From positions 32,001-96,000 of the forward strand of contig CAWBMP010000003.1 in NCBI GenBank assembly GCA_963790025.1: a stretch of DNA of 64,000 nt, in the 5' to 3' direction. The first letter of the stretch is position 1. Each line of letters begins with the position of its first letter. A model generated the notes under the pieces. That model was not told the origin of the DNA. It worked only from the letters and a program-made list of their open reading frames with translations, and made no database searches. Below, one piece after another: positions 58,273-64,000 of the stretch. A program made the translations under genes and the position numbers. This DNA comes from Nitrospirota bacterium. Lineage in GTDB: Bacteria > Nitrospirota > Thermodesulfovibrionia > Thermodesulfovibrionales > Dissulfurispiraceae.

Positions 58273-61200
58273 TGATCGCCAGGATAATTGAGTTCAGCGC
58301 CAGGAACAAGTTTATCATATTTCTTCTGGTGGCCTTTTTGATTGTTTGGGGATACTGGGCCCTGAAACAGACTCCCCTCGACGCCATTCCTGACCTGAGC
58401 GATACCCAGGTTATTGTTTATACAGACTGGACCGGCAGGAGCCCGGATCTTGTTGAGGACCAGATTACCTACCCAATCTCCGCGACTCTTCTGGCAGCTC
58501 CGGGAGTGCAGGCGGTCAGAGGGTTCTCGTACCTGGGCAGCTCTTTTATATACGTCATTTTCAAGGAAGGCACGGATATCTACTGGGCCCGTAGCAGGGT
58601 ACTCGAATACCTACAGGCTGTAAAAAATAAGATCCCTGCCGACGTGAATCCTGTGCTCGGTCCCGACGCTACGAGTGTCGGATGGGGTTTTTCCTATGCT
58701 GTTGTCGATGAGACAGGCGGCCACAACCTGGCTGAACTACGCTCTATTCAGGACTATAATATCAAGCTTGCCCTTGAAAGCGTGCCCGGTGTGTCCCAGG
58801 TGGCAAGCATCGGCGGCTTTGTGAAACAGTACCAGATAACGATAGATCCCAACAAGCTTCTGGCCTATAACATACCCCTTCCGAAAGTGCTTGATGCGGT
58901 CGGGAAAAGCAACCAGGATGTCGAGGGCAGGGTGCTCGAATTCTCAGGCACCGAGTACATGGTCAGGGGAAAAGGCTACATCAAAAGCCTGAGCGACATT
59001 GAAAATGTCCCTGTTGGCGCAAGTATATCAGGGACTCCCATCTATCTGCGGGACATCGCCCACGTGGAGCTCGGACCTGAAATACGCCGGGGACTTGCCG
59101 ATCTGGACGGTAAAGGAGAGGTGGCCGGGGGTATTGTTGTTGTGCGGGTTGGTCAGAATTGCCTCAGTGTTATTGACCGGGTGAAACAGAAGTTAAATAC
59201 CGACATAGGGCCGAGCCTTCCCAAAGGTGTGAAGATTGTCGTCACTTATGACCGGTCAGATCTTATCCATGGGTCGATCGATACACTTAAGGAAGAAATT
59301 GGCAAACTCTCGATTGCGGTGAGCGCTGTCTGCATTATATTCCTGTTCCATCTTCCCAGCGCCCTTGTTGTAATCCTCACTCTACCCGTGGCTATCATTA
59401 TTTCCTTCATCTGTATGCACTTTATTGGCGTCACTTCGAATATTATGAGCCTTAGCGGCATTGCGATTGCTATCGGGGCCATGGTCGATGCCTCGATCAT
59501 CATGGTCGAAAATGCACACAAGAAGATGGAACAATGGGAGTGTAATCGCGAGCTGTATTGCAGCAGGACGGATGTGATAATCGATGCAGCCAAAGAGGTG
59601 GGGCCGTCGCTCTTTTTCTCACTCCTTGTTATAACGGTCGGGTTCCTTCCTGTTTTTACCCTCCAAGCCCAGGCGGGAAGGCTGTTCAAACCCCTGGCAT
59701 ATACAAAGACCTTTGCGATGTTATTTTCGTCATTCCTCGCAGTCACCCTCACTCCAGTGCTCATGACGATCTTTATCAGGGAAAGCAGGCTCGGAAAGGT
59801 CCCTGTCATTAAATATTTCTTCACTATGTATCCTGAGGAGAAACACCCGGTGAGCCGTATCCTCCATAAGGGTTACGAGCCGGTTGCACGGTTTGCGCTC
59901 GCCAACAAAAAAAATGTAATTGTTTTTGCAGTCATTATAATGGGTTTGACTGTATATCCGTTCATGAAGCTCGGTTCTGAATTCATGCCGCCGCTCTATG
60001 AGGGATCGCTGTTTTATATGCCTGTGACTGCTCCGGCGCCTTCTATATCGGTAGTGGCCAATCTTATCCAACTCCAGGACCGCATACTTATGAAGATACC
60101 GGAAGTGTCGCAGGTATTCGGCAAGGCCGGCCGCGCCGAAACCCCGACTGACCCGGCCCCTCTGGAAATGTTCGAGACGATCGTCAATTTGAAGCCTGAG
60201 ATCCAATGGAGACCGGGTATGACGGTTGAGAAGCTCAAGAACGAGATGAACGATGTGCTTACTATACCGGGCGTTGCCAATTCATTCACGATGCCTATTA
60301 AGGCGCGTATCGATATGCTATCGACAGGCATAAGAACTCCGGTAGGCATCAAGGTCATGGGGTCCAATCTTGAAGAGATCGAGCGGATAGGCCTCGAAAT
60401 CGAAAAAAAGTTACAGGACGTCCCAGGCACACGCAGCGTCTACGCCGAGCGCGTTACAACCGGATACTTCTTCGATGTCAACGCAAAGCGGGAAGCGGCT
60501 GCCCGGTACGGCCTCACTGTGAAGGATGTGCAGGACATTATTCAGTCCGCCTTAGGGGGGATGAATCTTACCACTACAGTTGAAGGAAGGGAACGGTACC
60601 CGGTGAACGTGAGGTATTTCAGAGATATGAGAAGCGATATTGAAGATATCAAGCGGGTACTCGTCCCTGTCATGGGCGGGCCTTTACCCGATGCCGTTTC
60701 GGGCAGGCCGGGCCAGCCGAGAATTACTCAGGTGCCGCTTGGCGAACTCGCAGACATTAAAATAGTCAGGGGACCGACAGCAATCAAGAGTGAGGCCGGA
60801 TTGCTGACCTCTTACGTCTATATCGACTTTGCGGACAGGGATGTGGGAGGCTATGTCGATGAGGCCAGGAAAAAGGTTGCTTCGTTGCAAATTCCGGCGG
60901 GATACCGCCTTGAATGGAGCGGGGAGTATGAATACCTGGTAAAGACCCGCGAAAGGCTGAAGCTCGTTATTCCGTTCATGTTGTTTGTCATCTTTGTCCT
61001 CATCTATTTCAACACAGGATCCATTGTCAAGACAGCGATCGTGCTCCTGGCCGTGCCTTTCTCTCTTGTGGGATCGTTCTGGTTTCTTTATTTGCTGGGC
61101 TACAACATGAGCATTGCCGTATGGGTAGGAATCATAGCGTTGGCTGGTCTCGATGCCGAGACCGGGGTCGTGATGCTGCTTTACCTCGAACTGGCATATG

Positions 61201-61484
61201 ATAAGTGGAAGAAGGAAGGGAAGCTCACTAGCCTCTATTCCCTTAAAGAGGCTATTATGTATGGAGCTGTGAAAAGGATCAGACCTAAAATCATGACAGT
61301 GGCCGTCATTCTTGCCGGACTGATACCGATCATGTTCAGCCACGGCGCCGGATCGGATGTAATGAAGAGGATCGCAGCCCCCATGGTCGGAGGCGTGGTC
61401 ACTTCGACGATACTCGAACTTATCATTTATCCGGCGATCTATATGCTCTGGAAGGGACGGGACCAAGCACTCAAATCGACATAA
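58272..61484 (+). CDS. cusA: Heavy-metal RND pump, Cu(I)/Ag(I) CusA type
   Basis: DAIPDLSD, GAMVDAS; Met triad equivalents FYMP, PLEMFET, RIDML. Confidence 0.92.
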   Translation: MIARIIEFSARNKFIIFLLVAFLIVWGYWALKQTPLDAIPDLSDTQVIVYTDWTGRSPDLVEDQITYPISATLLAAPGVQAVRGFSYLGSSFIYVIFKEGTDIYWARSRVLEYLQAVKNKIPADVNPVLGPDATSVGWGFSYAVVDETGGHNLAELRSIQDYNIKLALESVPGVSQVASIGGFVKQYQITIDPNKLLAYNIPLPKVLDAVGKSNQDVEGRVLEFSGTEYMVRGKGYIKSLSDIENVPVGASISGTPIYLRDIAHVELGPEIRRGLADLDGKGEVAGGIVVVRVGQNCLSVIDRVKQKLNTDIGPSLPKGVKIVVTYDRSDLIHGSIDTLKEEIGKLSIAVSAVCIIFLFHLPSALVVILTLPVAIIISFICMHFIGVTSNIMSLSGIAIAIGAMVDASIIMVENAHKKMEQWECNRELYCSRTDVIIDAAKEVGPSLFFSLLVITVGFLPVFTLQAQAGRLFKPLAYTKTFAMLFSSFLAVTLTPVLMTIFIRESRLGKVPVIKYFFTMYPEEKHPVSRILHKGYEPVARFALANKKNVIVFAVIIMGLTVYPFMKLGSEFMPPLYEGSLFYMPVTAPAPSISVVANLIQLQDRILMKIPEVSQVFGKAGRAETPTDPAPLEMFETIVNLKPEIQWRPGMTVEKLKNEMNDVLTIPGVANSFTMPIKARIDMLSTGIRTPVGIKVMGSNLEEIERIGLEIEKKLQDVPGTRSVYAERVTTGYFFDVNAKREAAARYGLTVKDVQDIIQSALGGMNLTTTVEGRERYPVNVRYFRDMRSDIEDIKRVLVPVMGGPLPDAVSGRPGQPRITQVPLGELADIKIVRGPTAIKSEAGLLTSYVYIDFADRDVGGYVDEARKKVASLQIPAGYRLEWSGEYEYLVKTRERLKLVIPFMLFVIFVLIYFNTGSIVKTAIVLLAVPFSLVGSFWFLYLLGYNMSIAVWVGIIALAGLDAETGVVMLLYLELAYDKWKKEGKLTSLYSLKEAIMYGAVKRIRPKIMTVAVILAGLIPIMFSHGAGSDVMKRIAAPMVGGVVTSTILELIIYPAIYMLWKGRDQALKST

Positions 61485-61520
61485 GCAGCATGTTGAGTGC
61501 TCGGTCCGGAAGGTGGAACT

Positions 61521-62204
61521 GTGAAAATCCTTATCGTCGAGGACGAAAAGAAAATAGCGGATATTGTCAAATCTTATCTTGAACGCGAAGGTTTCGAAGT
61601 AACTGCCGTAGAAACGGGTGAGGCGGCCATCAGCGAGATAAGGACTGGCTTTGACCTAGTTATTTTAGACCTCAGGCTTCCTGATATCGACGGCGAAACA
61701 GTATGCAAATATATCAGGGATGTCACCGACATCCCAATCATTATGCTCACCGCTAAAAGTGCGGAAGACGACAGGGTCAAGGGTCTGAGCCTCGGGGCTG
61801 ACGATTATGTGGTCAAGCCCTTTAGCGCCAGGGAACTGGTAGCGCGGGTAAAGGCCCATCTACGACGTTTTAAAAAGGACGTGAAGAGAGAACTCTCATT
61901 CAACGACAAGTCGTTGATTATCGATACGCTTTCAAAAGAGGTCAAAAGCAACGGTAAAAGAGTTATGCTGACAAACACCGAGTTCAAAATTCTTCTCAGC
62001 CTTGCCGAAAGGCCTGGTGTCATCTTCAGCCGATTGCAGCTTATTAATATCGTGCAGGGTTATGATTTTGAAGGGTTCGACAGGGTAGTCGATGTACATG
62101 TCAAGAATATCAGGCGCAAAATTGAAGATGACCCGCAAAAACCGGGGTTTATAGAGACTGCCTACGGTGTTGGGTACAAATTCATAGGTGATTCGGACAA
62201 ATGA
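61521..62204 (+). CDS. OmpR-family response regulator
   Basis: ILIVEDE, ILDLRLP, GADDYVVKPF, winged-helix GVGYKF. Confidence 0.92.
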   Translation: MKILIVEDEKKIADIVKSYLEREGFEVTAVETGEAAISEIRTGFDLVILDLRLPDIDGETVCKYIRDVTDIPIIMLTAKSAEDDRVKGLSLGADDYVVKPFSARELVARVKAHLRRFKKDVKRELSFNDKSLIIDTLSKEVKSNGKRVMLTNTEFKILLSLAERPGVIFSRLQLINIVQGYDFEGFDRVVDVHVKNIRRKIEDDPQKPGFIETAYGVGYKFIGDSDK

Positions 62205-63601
62205 GAACAAAGCTGTTCCTCGCTTTTATAGTCATCATACTTGCGGCACTCGTCTCTACCGTTGCTTTTGAACCGTTGATCCTGAAGGATTTCGATAGTT
62301 ACACCAAGGGCGTCAAGGAAGATCAGATATACTGGATCATTGCCTCTGCGGAGGGGGGTTACAAGAACGGAAAGTGGGACAAACAAATGCTTGCCGAGTC
62401 TATACATTGGGCCATGATGATGGGCCTCGATGTCAAGGTTCTTGATACGCAAAGCAGGGAAATAATCCCTACTCGACGCGTCATGGAATCGCTTTCGCCA
62501 GGCATGATGCGCCGTATGGACGAACTCTTCCGTCTTGACCGTAATACAGATCGCAAATACGATGAGTTTCCAATCATTTCAAACGGCTCAAAGATCGGCT
62601 CGCTTTTGGCCCGTTCCTTTCAGAAAAAGGCGCTTGCAGAAAAAGAGGCCATATTCAAAGCGAGGGTCAGGCATTTTCTCTACATATATCTGCTGATCGC
62701 CGGCGCCGGCTCACTTATTATCGGCATCACGCTTACTCAGTATCTCTCGAAACCTGTCAGACTCCTTAAGAAGGCAGCCGAAAAGATTGCCGTCGGCGAT
62801 TTTGCAGTAAGGATTTCCGCCGAATCTGCCGACGAAGTTGGAGATCTTGCAAAGGCCTTTAATAAAATGGCGGCATCTCTTCAAAAAGAAGAGACACTGA
62901 GAATACAGCTCATGTCCGATATCGCCCATGAACTCAGGACGCCTTTGACCATAATGAAAACCCACGTCGAAGCCATGGCTGACGGCATAGTGATTGATAC
63001 TTCGAGGGGACTCGACACTATCACTGCTGAAATCGAGCGACTGATAACGCTCGTGAAAGGTATTGAAGATGTGACTGCTGCAGAGGCTGCTTTTTTTAAG
63101 AAAGGCGAGGAAGCCGAGATAGACCTGAGGGAATTCCTTTCCGGTATAGCCGGCGATCTGACGCCTCTCTTCAGGACACGCGGACTGTATATAAACATTT
63201 TGCAAGAAGGCGAACTCAAGGTGTCAATTGACGTGGAGAAATTCGAAATGGTCTTGAGAAACGTTTTTTCCAATGCCCTCAAATTCAGCATAGAGGGTGG
63301 GGTCTCCATTGATTATGGCACGGAAGGCAACAGATTCTTTGTCGAAATAGCCGATACCGGCAGGGGGATAGAGGAGAAAGACTTGCCTCATATATTCGAC
63401 CGGTTTTACCGGTCCGGGGACCCCGGTGTTACACCCCTAAAAGCCTCACGACTTTTCGGGGACCCCGGCGTAGAGGGTTTGGGACTGGGGCTAGCCATCG
63501 TAAAGGAACTGGTCAATATTATGGAGGGTGAGATAACGGTAAAAAGCACTCCCGGTAAAGGGACAAGCTCTCGGATATTGCTGCCTATGGCGCACAAATG
63601 A
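62201..63601 (+). CDS. HAMP sensor histidine kinase (BaeS-like) with a palindrome insertion in the ATP lid
   Basis: Two TMs, HAMP, AHELRTP, N box, DTGRG, FDRFYR, GLGLGL. Confidence 0.92.
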   Translation: MRTKLFLAFIVIILAALVSTVAFEPLILKDFDSYTKGVKEDQIYWIIASAEGGYKNGKWDKQMLAESIHWAMMMGLDVKVLDTQSREIIPTRRVMESLSPGMMRRMDELFRLDRNTDRKYDEFPIISNGSKIGSLLARSFQKKALAEKEAIFKARVRHFLYIYLLIAGAGSLIIGITLTQYLSKPVRLLKKAAEKIAVGDFAVRISAESADEVGDLAKAFNKMAASLQKEETLRIQLMSDIAHELRTPLTIMKTHVEAMADGIVIDTSRGLDTITAEIERLITLVKGIEDVTAAEAAFFKKGEEAEIDLREFLSGIAGDLTPLFRTRGLYINILQEGELKVSIDVEKFEMVLRNVFSNALKFSIEGGVSIDYGTEGNRFFVEIADTGRGIEEKDLPHIFDRFYRSGDPGVTPLKASRLFGDPGVEGLGLGLAIVKELVNIMEGEITVKSTPGKGTSSRILLPMAHK

Positions 63602-63603
63602 GG

Positions 63604-64000
63604 TTACTTGATGGGTAACTTTTCTTTCAAGAATATGCACATTTGCTTGTCAAATCCGTCAAGGTGTCTTGCAAGCCAGTGGTAGAGAGAACCTTCCAGT
63701 TCGGAAGTCAGGTACGGATGCTGTTGACCGCTTATATATTTGCTTCTTAACTCCGTGAAATCTTCGCAGAACTGTTTATGCTCGGCTTTGTGTTCGGTGT
63801 ATCCTGAATAGTTGTAAAACTGCATATAGTGTTCTTCCATTGCAAAATGCCTTATTACATATTCTTCCAGGAAAACAAATGCCTCCTTGAGAGCGTCCAT
63901 ATCTTTACCATTATCAATGCAGATTGAAATATTATCTATCGACACAAACAATTGCCTGTGTTGTTCATCAATCTCATCTATGCCACATAATAGGTCGTCA
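63604..64000 (-). CDS. Bacteriohemerythrin; 5' end lies beyond the right window edge
   Basis: Frame extends to GIDEIDEQHRQLF; HFAMEE, HKAEH, WLARHLDGFD. Confidence 0.88.
   Translation of the reverse strand, partial: DDLLCGIDEIDEQHRQLFVSIDNISICIDNGKDMDALKEAFVFLEEYVIRHFAMEEHYMQFYNYSGYTEHKAEHKQFCEDFTELRSKYISGQQHPYLTSELEGSLYHWLARHLDGFDKQMCIFLKEKLPIK

Overview
Chromosomal window from a moderately GC-rich bacterium. Gene content and synteny suggest an anaerobic Nitrospirota/Desulfobacterota-like organism (inference). Positions 1-29 kb are mostly core genes: class I fumarase (runs off the left edge), TPR-ispE-tRNA-Gln-prs-rplY-pth-pepA, moeA, hypD, ymdB-rny with 6S RNA, nadA, rplU-rpmA-obgE-proB and glyQS. 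Positions 29-64 kb form a metal-homeostasis island: a Zn/Mn/Ni-type ABC uptake operon, a cobalamin riboswitch with a decayed cbiM operon, a TonB system, a copper-like cluster (di-heme peroxidase, YtkA-like, Met/His-rich protein, TlpA-NosL-ABC, NosL-barrel fusion), a DEAD-box helicase, rubredoxin, CusCBA with a two-component system, and a hemerythrin that runs off the right edge. Several pseudogenes lie in the island. Best leads: (1) an RRE-radical SAM-SPASM enzyme followed by an unannotated 20-aa Cys-rich ORF (MVIRKVVKKTATTCKCKGSC) with a strong RBS, a candidate new thioether RiPP system; (2) three DUF2946/CruR-like upstream ORFs ending in RAPP, DRPP or ERPP in front of metal genes, one followed by a terminator (candidate metal-sensing arrest-peptide attenuators); (3) a ~36-nt palindromic element inserted in frame into hypD and a histidine kinase and also into the B12 riboswitch; (4) a family of inverted 6-8-mer tandem-repeat hairpins at gene junctions. 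All calls are from reading the sequence; no searches were run.
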